32,000 nt of DNA, taken from Candidatus Johnevansia muelleri (GTDB lineage: Bacteria; Pseudomonadota; Gammaproteobacteria; Johnevansiales; Johnevansiaceae). Made by a program: the position numbers and the translations under genes. Shown one piece after another: positions 11,901-20,230 of this stretch (position 1 is its first letter; every line of letters begins with the position of its first letter). The stretch is from assembly GCA_000953435.1 (NCBI GenBank), contig LM655252.1, forward strand, positions 90,001 through 122,000. Reading direction: 5' to 3'. The notes under the pieces are model-generated. The model searched no databases. It saw only the letters and a list, made by a program, of their open reading frames with translations, and was not told the DNA's origin.

Positions 11901-12554
11901 GTGATACGTTCAATTAAAAAAGGTCCTTTTGTTGACCTTCATCTTTTAAATAAAGTTAATACTGTTATTAAAACTAATGAGCGTAAACCAATTAAAACTT
12001 GGTCACGCAGATCAATTATAATACCTATTATGGTAGGAATTACTATAGCTATACACAATGGTAGACAGCATATTCCAATATATATAACTGAAAACATGGT
12101 TGGGCATAAACTTGGTGAATTTTCTCCTACTCGTACATTTAATAGCCATACAGCGGATAAAAAACCTCAAAGTCAAAAATCAGATGATAAAACCCCTCAA
12201 CCTCCAAAATCAGATGATAAAAAACCTCAACCTCCAAAATCAGATGATAAAAAACCTCAACCTCCAAAATCAGATGATAAAAAACCTCAAACTCCAAAAT
12301 CAGATGATAAAAAACCTCAACCTCCAAAATCAGATGATAAAAAAACTAAACCTCAAAAATCAGATGATAAAAAACATAAAAAATCAGATGATAAAACAAT
12401 TAAACCTCAAAAATCAGATGATAAAAAACATAAAAAATCAGATGATAAAAAAACTCAACCTCCAAAATCAGATGATAAAAAACCTAAAAATCCAAAATCA
12501 GATTATAAAAAAACTAAACCTCAAAAATCATATGATAAAAAAAATAAAAAATAA
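11901..12554 (+). CDS. rpsS: 30S ribosomal protein S19 with a C-terminal tandem-repeat extension of about 130 aa
   Basis: GTG start. Residues 1-88, (M)[15 protein letters not shown]...[37 protein letters not shown], cover full-length S19 (E. coli is 92 aa). The frame then continues through 13 [10 protein letters not shown]-like units to TAA at 12552. Confidence 0.9.
   Translation: MIRSIKKGPFVDLHLLNKVNTVIKTNERKPIKTWSRRSIIIPIMVGITIAIHNGRQHIPIYITENMVGHKLGEFSPTRTFNSHTADKKPQSQKSDDKTPQPPKSDDKKPQPPKSDDKKPQPPKSDDKKPQTPKSDDKKPQPPKSDDKKTKPQKSDDKKHKKSDDKTIKPQKSDDKKHKKSDDKKTQPPKSDDKKPKNPKSDYKKTKPQKSYDKKNKK
12177..12551 (+). repeat. Head-to-tail tandem repeat inside rpsS: 13 units (30 nt, two of 24 nt, last 27 nt), consensus AAATCAGATGATAAAAAACCTCAACCTCCA
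   Basis: Units start at 12177, 12207, 12237, 12267, 12297, 12327, 12357, 12381, 12411, 12435, 12465, 12495 and 12525. Units 2, 3 and 5 are identical and unit 4 differs by 1 nt. The 3' units are more diverged. Confidence 0.95.
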
Positions 12555-12576
12555 TATATTAATTAGGAAAATGTAA

Positions 12577-12954
12577 ATGGAAGAATTAGCTTCTGTTAAA
12601 TTATATAACGCTCGTATATCTACTCAAAAGGCTCGTTTGTTAGCAGATAAAGTACGTGGAAAATTAGTATATGATGCATTAAATATTCTTTCTTTTTATA
12701 ATAAAAAAGCAGCAATAATTATTAAAAAAATTCTTAAATATGCTATTTATAATGTAGAAACTAAAAACATAAATATCGATATACTTTATATTTCAACAAT
12801 ATACATTAATAGAAGCGTTTTTATTAAACGTAGCTATGCTCGTGCTAAGGGTCGTACAGATCGATTAATGAAGCCTAGCTGTAATATTATTGTTAAATTA
12901 AGACTAATTAAGGACCAATTATATGGGTCAAAAAGTCAATCCTATTGGAATTAG
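12577..12954 (+). CDS. rplV: 50S ribosomal protein L22 (C-terminus runs 32 nt into rpsC)
   Basis: 125 aa. [17 protein letters not shown]...[22 protein letters not shown] matches L22. About 14 extra residues follow the usual end. Confidence 0.92.
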   Translation: MEELASVKLYNARISTQKARLLADKVRGKLVYDALNILSFYNKKAAIIIKKILKYAIYNVETKNINIDILYISTIYINRSVFIKRSYARAKGRTDRLMKPSCNIIVKLRLIKDQLYGSKSQSYWN

Positions 12955-13615
12955 ACTAGGTATTATTAAAGATCATATGTCTATATGGTTTGCAGACAGA
13001 AAAAATTATACTAATAAACTTAAGATAGATTTACAAATTAGATATTTTTTAGAAAAAATATTAAAAGACGCATATATTAGTAATATTAAAATAATGCATA
13101 ATCAAAATAATATGGTTTATGTTACTATATATACTGATAATCCAGGCATTATAATAGGAAAACAAGGAGAAGATATAGATTATATCCGTAATGATTTAAT
13201 GTTATTAACAGGCGTTAATGTATTTATTAATATTGAAGAAATACCACATCCTGAAATAGACGCTAAAATTATTGCACAAAATATTGCAAATCAACTAGAC
13301 AGACGTATTCTGTTTCGCCGTGTAATTAAACGGTCAATTCAAACCGCTATGCGTTTAGGTATTAAAGGTATAAAAATTCAATTATCTGGACGTTTAGGAG
13401 GGTCTGAAATTGCACGGACAGAATGGCAGAGAGAAGGTCGTGTTCCACTTCATACTTTACGTGCTGATATTGACTACGCTCAAAATGAATCTTATACTAA
13501 TTATGGTGTTATAGGAATAAAAGTTTGGGTTTTTAAAAATGAAATTTTTGGAGGAATTGAGGAAGTGCGGCTAAAAAATAATACAATTAAAGTTAATGTA
13601 AATGGAGATAATTAG
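12923..13615 (+). CDS. rpsC: 30S ribosomal protein S3
   Basis: [14 protein letters not shown]...[37 protein letters not shown] is an S3 signature. Confidence 0.97.
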   Translation: MGQKVNPIGIRLGIIKDHMSIWFADRKNYTNKLKIDLQIRYFLEKILKDAYISNIKIMHNQNNMVYVTIYTDNPGIIIGKQGEDIDYIRNDLMLLTGVNVFINIEEIPHPEIDAKIIAQNIANQLDRRILFRRVIKRSIQTAMRLGIKGIKIQLSGRLGGSEIARTEWQREGRVPLHTLRADIDYAQNESYTNYGVIGIKVWVFKNEIFGGIEEVRLKNNTIKVNVNGDN

Positions 13616-14026
13616 ATGTTACAACCAAAACGTACTAAATTTAGGAAACAACAAAAAGGACGTAATAGGGGGATTGCACATCGTGGTAACAATATTAATT
13701 TTGGAGAATTTGGTCTTAAAGCGATAACTCATGGTCGTCTAACTGCACGTCAGATTGAAGCAGGTAGACGTGCTATTACACATCATGTAAAGAGAATTGG
13801 TAAACTTTGGGTTCGATCATTTCCAGATAAACCTATTTCTAAAAAACCTATGGAAGTTCGTATGGGAAAAGGAAAAGGTTCAGTAGAATACTGGGTTGAT
13901 AATATTAAACCGGGGAGAGTGCTTTATGAAATTGAAGGAGTATCAGAAATATTAGCACGTGAAGCATTTAAACTGGCGGCCCACAAAATGCCTATATCCA
14001 CTACATTTATTAATAGGGTGATATGA
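13616..14026 (+). CDS. rplP: 50S ribosomal protein L16
   Basis: [19 protein letters not shown]...[15 protein letters not shown] stop at the conserved C-terminus. Confidence 0.97.
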   Translation: MLQPKRTKFRKQQKGRNRGIAHRGNNINFGEFGLKAITHGRLTARQIEAGRRAITHHVKRIGKLWVRSFPDKPISKKPMEVRMGKGKGSVEYWVDNIKPGRVLYEIEGVSEILAREAFKLAAHKMPISTTFINRVI

Positions 14027-14208
14027 GTAAAAATAAAAATTTTTGTAAAGAATCAAAATCTTTACTTAAAGAAAAGTTATTATATTTTTTAGGAGAGCAA
14101 TTTAAATTACGCATTAAAAAAAATATTGGAAAATTAAATAATGTCCATCTATTAAATAATATGCGTATAAATATTGCTAGAATAAAAACTTTGATTAGAG
14201 AAAAATAG
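14023..14208 (+). CDS. rpmC: 50S ribosomal protein L29
   Basis: 61 aa with an L29-like LGEQFKLR...[16 protein letters not shown]. The ATGA junction overlaps rplP, and the operon position fits. Confidence 0.9.
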   Translation: MSKNKNFCKESKSLLKEKLLYFLGEQFKLRIKKNIGKLNNVHLLNNMRINIARIKTLIREK

Positions 14209-14217
14209 GTAAATTAT

Positions 14218-14478
14218 ATGATCTATCTTCATAAGCCTAGCACACTTACTGGTAAAGTAATTAGTGACAAAATGGAAAAATCTATTGTTGTTCTGATAGA
14301 GCGTATTAAGCGTCATCCAATTTATGGTAAATATATTAAAAGATATACAAAGTTACATGTTCATGATGATAAAAATAATGCTAAATTTGGAGATACTGTA
14401 TCTATTTTAGAATGCGGGCCTATATCAAAAAAGAAATCATGGACACTCCTAAAAATAATAAAGAAAGCAGAAAATTGA
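14218..14478 (+). CDS. rpsQ: 30S ribosomal protein S17
   Basis: [39 protein letters not shown]...KKKSWTL matches S17. Confidence 0.96.
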   Translation: MIYLHKPSTLTGKVISDKMEKSIVVLIERIKRHPIYGKYIKRYTKLHVHDDKNNAKFGDTVSILECGPISKKKSWTLLKIIKKAEN

Positions 14479-14493
14479 TTTAAAGGGATAATA

Positions 14494-14865
14494 ATGATTC
14501 AAAATCAAACAACATTAGATGTTGCAGATAATAGTGGTGCACGTAAAGTTCAGTGCATTAAAGTTCTTGGAGGATCTAATCGACGTTATGCAAATATTGG
14601 TGATATAATTAAAGTAACGGTAAAAGAAGCTATCCCTAGAGGTCGTGTAAAGAAAGGACAAGTTATAAAAGCTTTAATTGTACGTACTCGTAATGGAATT
14701 CGTCGTTATGATGGATCTTTAATTAAATTTGATAGAAATGCAGCAGTATTAATTAATAATACTAGTGAGCAGCCAATTGGAACACGTGTTTTTGGCCCAG
14801 TTACTCGTGAACTTCGCAATGAAAAATTTATGAAAATAATTTCATTAGCTAATGAAGTTTTATAA
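14494..14865 (+). CDS. rplN: 50S ribosomal protein L14
   Basis: [28 protein letters not shown]...FGPVTRELR matches L14. Confidence 0.97.
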   Translation: MIQNQTTLDVADNSGARKVQCIKVLGGSNRRYANIGDIIKVTVKEAIPRGRVKKGQVIKALIVRTRNGIRRYDGSLIKFDRNAAVLINNTSEQPIGTRVFGPVTRELRNEKFMKIISLANEVL

Positions 14866-14877
14866 AATGTTAATTAT

Positions 14878-15168
14878 ATGCTAAAACGTAAAGATAATAT
14901 TAGAATAATATCTGGAAAAGAAAAGGGAAATACAGGATTTGTAAAAGATGTTATTAAAAATTGTAAAATTATTGTTAAAGGTTTTCATATTGTAAAGCGA
15001 AATATAAAAAAATCAAATTTTAATGGAAAATCACAGCCAGGTCATCAGATATACTGCGAAGCTCCAATACATCATTCTAATTTAGCTATAAATAAATCAG
15101 AATCCCAAAAATCAGAATCCAAATATAATTTATATTTAAAAATAAAGTATAAACTGCGTATAAAGTAA
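14878..15168 (+). CDS. rplX: 50S ribosomal protein L24
   Basis: 96 aa with a KOW-like [15 protein letters not shown] segment, in the position between rplN and rplE. Confidence 0.88.
   Translation: MLKRKDNIRIISGKEKGNTGFVKDVIKNCKIIVKGFHIVKRNIKKSNFNGKSQPGHQIYCEAPIHHSNLAINKSESQKSESKYNLYLKIKYKLRIK
15094..15123 (+). repeat. Two-copy 15-nt tandem duplication in the rplX 3' region ([10 protein letters not shown])
   Basis: AAATCAGAATCCCAA is followed directly by AAATCAGAATCCAAA, with 1 mismatch, in frame. Confidence 0.8.
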
Positions 15169-15172
15169 ATAT

Positions 15173-15709
15173 ATGAAAAAGATTTTGTTTAAAAAACTAT
15201 ATAAAAATACATTAATAAAAAATAAGCAAAATTGTGGTTACATAAATGTTATGCAGGTACAAAAAATTACTAAGGTAACTTTAAATATGGGTTTAGGTAA
15301 GACTGATAATAAATTAATTGAAACTTCTATATCTGACATGAAATTAATTTCTGGACAAAAACCAATTCTTACTAAATGTAGAAAGTCAATTGCTGATTTT
15401 AAGATAAGGCAAGGATGGCCAATTGGTATAAAAGTTACATTACGAAATAGTCGTATGTGGGAATTTATTTATCGTTTAATCAATATTGTTTTGCCTAGAA
15501 TAAGAGATTTTCGTGGACTTAATAAAAAATCATTTGATGGTAGAGGAAATTATAGCATAGGTATTATAGAACAAATTATTTTTCCAGAAATAGAGTATGA
15601 TAAATTAGATAAAATTCGTGGATTAAATATTACACTTACTACTAATGCTAATAATGATAATGAAGGATATGCAATTTTAAGTGCATTAAATTTTCCATTT
15701 ATTAAATAA
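15173..15709 (+). CDS. rplE: 50S ribosomal protein L5
   Basis: [17 protein letters not shown]...[27 protein letters not shown]...[24 protein letters not shown] matches L5. Confidence 0.96.
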   Translation: MKKILFKKLYKNTLIKNKQNCGYINVMQVQKITKVTLNMGLGKTDNKLIETSISDMKLISGQKPILTKCRKSIADFKIRQGWPIGIKVTLRNSRMWEFIYRLINIVLPRIRDFRGLNKKSFDGRGNYSIGIIEQIIFPEIEYDKLDKIRGLNITLTTNANNDNEGYAILSALNFPFIK

Positions 15710-15720
15710 AGGTTATAATT

Positions 15721-16023
15721 ATGGCAAAAAAAAGTATGATTGAACGTGAATTAAAGCGTGAGAGGTTAATAAAAAAATATGCAGATATGAGATCTAAACT
15801 TAAAAAAATAATTAAAAGCAGCACATCTAATGATGAACGTTTAAATGCCCAAAAGAAATTACAAAGTTTACCACGCAACTCTAGTCCTGTACGTAAGCGC
15901 AATCGGTGTTATATTACTGGTAGATCTAAGGGTTATTATAGTCATTTTGGTTTGTGTAGGAACAAGCTTAGAGAAATAGCAATGCGTGGTGAGATACCAG
16001 GACTTACTAAATCTAGTTGGTAA
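15721..16023 (+). CDS. rpsN: 30S ribosomal protein S14
   Basis: 100 aa. [13 protein letters not shown]...[14 protein letters not shown]...[13 protein letters not shown] matches S14. Confidence 0.96.
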   Translation: MAKKSMIERELKRERLIKKYADMRSKLKKIIKSSTSNDERLNAQKKLQSLPRNSSPVRKRNRCYITGRSKGYYSHFGLCRNKLREIAMRGEIPGLTKSSW

Positions 16024-16056
16024 TAATAATTTTAGGCTATTTTGTGGAGTAAATAA

Positions 16057-16440
16057 ATGAGCATACAGGATCCTATAGCGGATATGTTAACTCGTATTCG
16101 TAATTCGCAAAAAGCGTATAGAGAAATAGTTTTTATTCCTTATTCTAAGATTAAAGGAAAAATAGCTAGTATTTTAAAGGAAGAAGGTTATATTTATAAT
16201 TATATTATTGAAGGTAAAAAATTATATATATATATAAAATATTTTAAAGGTAAACCAGTTATAGAAAATTTAAAAATAATTTCTAAGCAATCTTTGCGGA
16301 TATATAAAAGAAAACATGAAATTATTAAAGTAGCAAATGGTTTAGGTACAGCAATAATTTCAACTTCTAAAGGCATTATGACAGATCGTGCTGCAAGAAA
16401 AATAGGTATAGGTGGTGAAATAATCTGTACTATCTTTTAG
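16057..16440 (+). CDS. rpsH: 30S ribosomal protein S8
   Basis: [20 protein letters not shown]...[30 protein letters not shown] matches S8. Confidence 0.96.
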   Translation: MSIQDPIADMLTRIRNSQKAYREIVFIPYSKIKGKIASILKEEGYIYNYIIEGKKLYIYIKYFKGKPVIENLKIISKQSLRIYKRKHEIIKVANGLGTAIISTSKGIMTDRAARKIGIGGEIICTIF

Positions 16441-16447
16441 AGTAAAA

Positions 16448-16981
16448 ATGATGTCTAGGATTGCAAAAAAACCCATTAATATTCCAAAGGATATTGAAGT
16501 AACAATAAATAAAGAACAAATAATTGTTAAAGGTAATAAAGGTGAGCTTAAAATTAAAATTAAGAATGACGTATTTGTAAGTAAAAATAACAATAAATTG
16601 ATTTTTAATACTAGTAGTTCATCTAAAAATTGGGCAATCGTAGGCACAACTCGTGCTTTAGTAAATAATATGATTATTGGTGTATCTAATGGATTTAGTC
16701 GTTCTCTTGAAATTATTGGTGTTGGCTACCGTGTTAATGTTTGCAATGGAATTATAAATTTAAACATTGGTTTTTCACACGCAATAGAATATAAGTTACC
16801 TAAAGGTATTACTGCCGAAACACCTAGTAATACTACCATTGTGCTAAATGGTGCAAATAATCAAAAACTTGGACAAGTTGCTTCAGAGATTCGAGGTTTA
16901 CGGTCGCCTGATCCTTATAAAGGAAAAGGTATTCGTTATATGAATGAAATTATACGTTGCAAAGAAGCTAAGAAAAAATAA
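16448..16981 (+). CDS. rplF: 50S ribosomal protein L6
   Basis: (M)MSRIAKKPINIP...GVGYRV...GFSHAIEYKLP...DPYKGKGIRYMNE. The second ATG at 16451 is an equally good start. Confidence 0.95.
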   Translation: MMSRIAKKPINIPKDIEVTINKEQIIVKGNKGELKIKIKNDVFVSKNNNKLIFNTSSSSKNWAIVGTTRALVNNMIIGVSNGFSRSLEIIGVGYRVNVCNGIINLNIGFSHAIEYKLPKGITAETPSNTTIVLNGANNQKLGQVASEIRGLRSPDPYKGKGIRYMNEIIRCKEAKKK

Positions 16982-16993
16982 TTGGAATTAATT

Positions 16994-17344
16994 ATGCATA
17001 TTAAAAAAACAAATCGTATTAACAGGGCTAAACGTATTAGAGCGAATATTAGTATTTTGGGCATTAATCGTCTTTGTATAAATCGCAATTCACGGCATAT
17101 ATATGCGCATATTACTTCTTATAGCAATATATTAATTAGTGCTTCTACGTTAGAATATTTATTTAAAAAAGAAAATATTTATACTGGAAATATAGAATCT
17201 GCTAAAAAAATAGGCTTTATTTTAGCTAGTAGAGCTAAAAAATCAGGTATTAGTTCAGTAGCATTTGACAGATCTGGATATAAATATCATGGCCGTATTA
17301 AGGCCTTAGCTAATGCTGCACGTAAAGGTGGATTGCAATTTTAA
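16994..17344 (+). CDS. rplR: 50S ribosomal protein L18
   Basis: RHIYAHI...[26 protein letters not shown] matches L18. The ATG at 16994 gives the E. coli-like length (116 aa). The TTG at 16982 in the ORF track is an alternative. Confidence 0.93.
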   Translation: MHIKKTNRINRAKRIRANISILGINRLCINRNSRHIYAHITSYSNILISASTLEYLFKKENIYTGNIESAKKIGFILASRAKKSGISSVAFDRSGYKYHGRIKALANAARKGGLQF

Positions 17345-17355
17345 AGGTTTTTATA

Positions 17356-17856
17356 ATGTTAAATAAAGATAATGATGATTATAAAGATAAACTGTTACGA
17401 ATAAATCGCGTTACTAAAGTAGTTAAGGGTGGAAGAATTTTTGGTTTTACTGCATTAACTGTTGTTGGTGATTGCAAGGGTAAAGTTGGTTTCGGTAATG
17501 GTAAAGCACGTGAAGTACCTGTTGCAATTAAAAAAGCAATGGATAAAGCACGTAAAAATATAATAAATATTAATTTAAAAAATGGTACACTATATTATCC
17601 AATTTATTCAAATTACGGAGCATCTAAAATATTCATGCAACCAGCATCTGAAGGAACAGGTATAATTGCAGGAGGTGCTATGCGTGCTGTACTTGAATTA
17701 TTAGGTGTGCGTAACGTTCTAGCAAAATGCTATGGTTCAACAAATTCTATTAATGTTGTGCGTGCAACTATTAAAGGACTTATTTCTATGCGGTCTCCTT
17801 TATATATTGCTAATAAGCGGGGTATTCCCATATCTAATTTTTTAGATGTAAGTTAA
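17356..17856 (+). CDS. rpsE: 30S ribosomal protein S5
   Basis: [24 protein letters not shown]...[26 protein letters not shown] matches S5. Confidence 0.97.
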   Translation: MLNKDNDDYKDKLLRINRVTKVVKGGRIFGFTALTVVGDCKGKVGFGNGKAREVPVAIKKAMDKARKNIININLKNGTLYYPIYSNYGASKIFMQPASEGTGIIAGGAMRAVLELLGVRNVLAKCYGSTNSINVVRATIKGLISMRSPLYIANKRGIPISNFLDVS

Positions 17857-17857
17857 A

Positions 17858-17982
17858 GTTATTAAAATAACACAAATTTGAATTACTATTGTAAAAAAAA
17901 ATATAGGTTTTTAATTATTATTATGATTAATCATACTGTTAATTTAAAATATACTAATGCTATTAAATTTTATCATAAGTAG
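17858..17982 (+). pseudogene. rpmD: Degraded 50S ribosomal protein L30 gene (no start codon, premature stop, frameshift and internal deletion)
   Basis: Frame 1 at 17858-17881 reads VIKITQI-stop (E. coli L30 has TIKITQT). A shifted frame at 17923-17982 reads MINHTVNLKYTNAIKFYHK-stop (E. coli has RIGHTVEREDTPAIRGM). It sits in the canonical rpsE-rplO slot. Confidence 0.7.
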
Positions 17983-17991
17983 TAATAATAT

Positions 17992-18423
17992 ATGAAAATG
18001 AATACATTACATCCCTTAAAATATGCTAAAAATATAAAAACACGTGTTGGACGTGGTATAGGTTCTGGATTGGGAAAAACTGCTGGACGGGGTCATAAAG
18101 GTTTTAAATCTCGTTCTGGTGGTAAAATAAACTTGGGATTTGAAGGTGGGCAAATGCCAATACAGCGTCGTATACCAAAATTTGGATTTATTTCTTTTAA
18201 AAACAGAAGATTTGAAGAAGTTAGAATTTCAGATATTATGAAATCTAAATGTAATATTATTAATATAGAAAAACTAAAAAAAATTAATATTATAAAAAAT
18301 AATAAAAAATTAATAAAGATAATTTACTCTAAAAGTATAGAAAAATCTGTTATAACTAGTGGTATAAAATTAACTAAAGGTGCACGTATTGCTATAGAAA
18401 AATTTGGTGGTAAGGTAAAATAA
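17992..18423 (+). CDS. rplO: 50S ribosomal protein L15
   Basis: MKMNTLHP...RVGRGIGSGLGKTAGRGHKGFKSRSGG...FEGGQMPIQRRIPKFGF matches L15. Confidence 0.96.
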   Translation: MKMNTLHPLKYAKNIKTRVGRGIGSGLGKTAGRGHKGFKSRSGGKINLGFEGGQMPIQRRIPKFGFISFKNRRFEEVRISDIMKSKCNIINIEKLKKINIIKNNKKLIKIIYSKSIEKSVITSGIKLTKGARIAIEKFGGKVK

Positions 18424-18545
18424 TGGATAATTAGTTAATAAGTGGATTTATAAATGTATGCACGCGTATGGGATTCTTTTTATATTAATAATGTTATTAC
18501 AATAATAACGCCGTTATTTATAATAATTTTACATATACATTTTTG

Positions 18546-18569
18546 TAACTACAATACTTATTGTAGTTA
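18546..18569 (+). other. Perfect 10-bp inverted repeat (hairpin, 4-nt loop) in the rplO-rpmJ spacer
   Basis: TAACTACAAT-ACTT-ATTGTAGTTA. Flanking TG and TA could extend the stem with a G-U and an A-U pair. No T-tract follows. Confidence 0.6.
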
Positions 18570-18657
18570 TAGTTATAATATATTAAATCCAATAACATTT
18601 AATATCGCATAGATATAAAATGTAATTTTATAAAATTGTATTTTTGGGGAGTATATT

Positions 18658-18771
18658 ATAAAAATTAGAGCTTCTATTAAAAGAATGTGTCGTAAATGTA
18701 AAATAATAAGCAGATATGGTATATTGCGTGTTATATGTACAGACCCCAAGCATAAGCAAAGGCAGGGTTAA
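18658..18771 (+). CDS. rpmJ: 50S ribosomal protein L36, apparent non-canonical ATA start (ATT at 18655 is an alternative); absent from the ORF track
   Basis: Translation (M)[36 protein letters not shown]-stop matches E. coli [46 protein letters not shown] (18646-18651) lies 6 nt upstream. There is no in-frame ATG, GTG or TTG after the stop at 18631. Confidence 0.88.
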   Translation: MKIRASIKRMCRKCKIISRYGILRVICTDPKHKQRQG

Positions 18772-18804
18772 TTTAAAATATAATTAATATAACTGGAGTA
18801 AAAT

Positions 18805-19161
18805 ATGGCTCGTATTGCAGGTGTAAATATTTCAGATAATAAACAGGCTGTTTTTTCACTTACTTCTATTTATGGAATAGGATATACTATTTCTAGTAAA
18901 ATTTGTAATGCTGTTGGAATTGAATACAGTGCAAAAATTGGAAATCTTAATTATAATCAGATAAATGCCCTACGTAAAGAAATTAGTAAATATATAATAG
19001 AAGGCGATCTTCGTCGTGAAATTACAAAAAATATAAAGCGACTAATTGATTTAAAGTGCTATAGGGGAATACGACATCGTCGTAAACTGCCATTACGTGG
19101 TCAGCGTACAAAAACTAATGCTCGTACCTGTAAGTTTCAAAGAAAATTTATTAATAAATAA
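18805..19161 (+). CDS. rpsM: 30S ribosomal protein S13
   Basis: MARIAGVNI...IEGDLRREI...[26 protein letters not shown] matches S13. Confidence 0.97.
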   Translation: MARIAGVNISDNKQAVFSLTSIYGIGYTISSKICNAVGIEYSAKIGNLNYNQINALRKEISKYIIEGDLRREITKNIKRLIDLKCYRGIRHRRKLPLRGQRTKTNARTCKFQRKFINK

Positions 19162-19178
19162 TTCTTAGGAATCTTAAA

Positions 19179-19562
19179 ATGTTTATTATAAAAAAAAAAT
19201 TAAAGAGATCTCTTATTGTATTAAATGCAATTGCACATATTCATGCTTCTTTTAATAATACGATTGTTACAATTACAGATAAAAATGGTAATACACTGTC
19301 GTGGGCTACAGCTGGGGGGGCAGGATTTCGTGGTTCTAAAAAAAGTACACCATTTGCAGCACAAATAGCCAGTGAACGTGCAGCTTACCTGGCTCATAAA
19401 TATGGAATAAAAAATATTGATATTTTAGTGAATGGTCCTGGCCCAGGTAGAGAATATGCTATACGAGCATTACATGTAGCTGGTTTTAATATTCAAAGTA
19501 TTAAAGATGTAACACCTCTTCCTCATAATGGCTGTAGACCACCTAAAAAACGTCGTGTATAA
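19179..19562 (+). CDS. rpsK: 30S ribosomal protein S11
   Basis: [44 protein letters not shown]...[16 protein letters not shown] matches S11. Confidence 0.97.
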   Translation: MFIIKKKLKRSLIVLNAIAHIHASFNNTIVTITDKNGNTLSWATAGGAGFRGSKKSTPFAAQIASERAAYLAHKYGIKNIDILVNGPGPGREYAIRALHVAGFNIQSIKDVTPLPHNGCRPPKKRRV

Positions 19563-19579
19563 TATAAGGATATTAATTT

Positions 19580-20194
19580 ATGGCACGTTATATAGGACCT
19601 AAATGTAAACTTTCTCGTAGAGAAGGTACTGATCTTTTTTTGAAAAGTTTTAATTCTGATTATACTGAAAAATGTAACTTCGAAACAGTCCCAGGTCAGC
19701 ATGTAAATATACGTCCCCAAAAATCTGAGTATTTCAATCAACTACGTGAAAAGCAAAAACTTCGTCGTATTTACGGTATATTGGAAAAACAGTTTCGCAA
19801 TTATTATAAAAAAGCTGCTATAAAAAAAGGTGCAACTGGGGAACTTTTACTTCAGCTACTTGAAACACGATTAGATAATGTAGTTTACCGTATTGGTTTT
19901 GGTGTAACAAGAGCTGAATCGCGTCAATTAGTTAGCCATAAAGCTATAGCTGTTAATGGCAAGACTGTTAATATTGCATCTTTTAATGTTTCTGTAGGTG
20001 ATATCATCACAGTTAACAAAAAAGCAAAAAATCAAGAACGTATTAAAAAATCAATTGCTAAGAAGTCAGAATTTGTTAATTGGATTAAATTAGATTACAA
20101 AAATTTGTCAGGTAAAATTCAATCTTTACCTTATAGAAAGGATCTAGATTATGAGATTAATGAAAATATTATCGTTGAGTTATACTCAAAATAA
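19580..20194 (+). CDS. rpsD: 30S ribosomal protein S4
   Basis: [23 protein letters not shown]...[16 protein letters not shown]...[15 protein letters not shown] matches S4. Confidence 0.97.
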   Translation: MARYIGPKCKLSRREGTDLFLKSFNSDYTEKCNFETVPGQHVNIRPQKSEYFNQLREKQKLRRIYGILEKQFRNYYKKAAIKKGATGELLLQLLETRLDNVVYRIGFGVTRAESRQLVSHKAIAVNGKTVNIASFNVSVGDIITVNKKAKNQERIKKSIAKKSEFVNWIKLDYKNLSGKIQSLPYRKDLDYEINENIIVELYSK

Positions 20195-20230
20195 ATATTA
20201 TAAAAGTTCATATATATGGGAGATTATTTT

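Noticed and set aside
12139-12327. Minus-strand ORF of 62 aa ([12 protein letters not shown]... repeated)
   Set aside because: It is the reverse-complement shadow of the same tandem repeat, with repetitive nonsense composition and no start context.
12177-12551. Possible CRISPR array, given the regular 30-nt periodicity
   Set aside because: The units are directly contiguous with no unique spacers. They lie inside an open reading frame continuous with rpsS, and no cas genes or leader are nearby.
12100-12576. ORF-track + strand ORF of 158 aa (MGINLVNF...[10 protein letters not shown]...) overlapping rpsS in another frame
   Set aside because: It is an artefact of the 30-nt tandem repeat being stop-free in several frames. 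The rpsS frame is the one continuous with the conserved S19 core, and no independent SD or homology supports this ORF.
18424-18545. Short ATG-initiated reading frames (MDN-stop at 18424; MGFFLY-stop at about 18466) as secY remnants
   Set aside because: They are too short and I cannot align them convincingly to SecY by eye. This needs a profile search and is noted only under the secY-absence finding.
18574-18579. TATAAT hexamer downstream of the hairpin as the promoter for rpmJ and the alpha operon
   Set aside because: It is a single hexamer in AT-rich DNA with no convincing -35 partner, which is indistinguishable from background.
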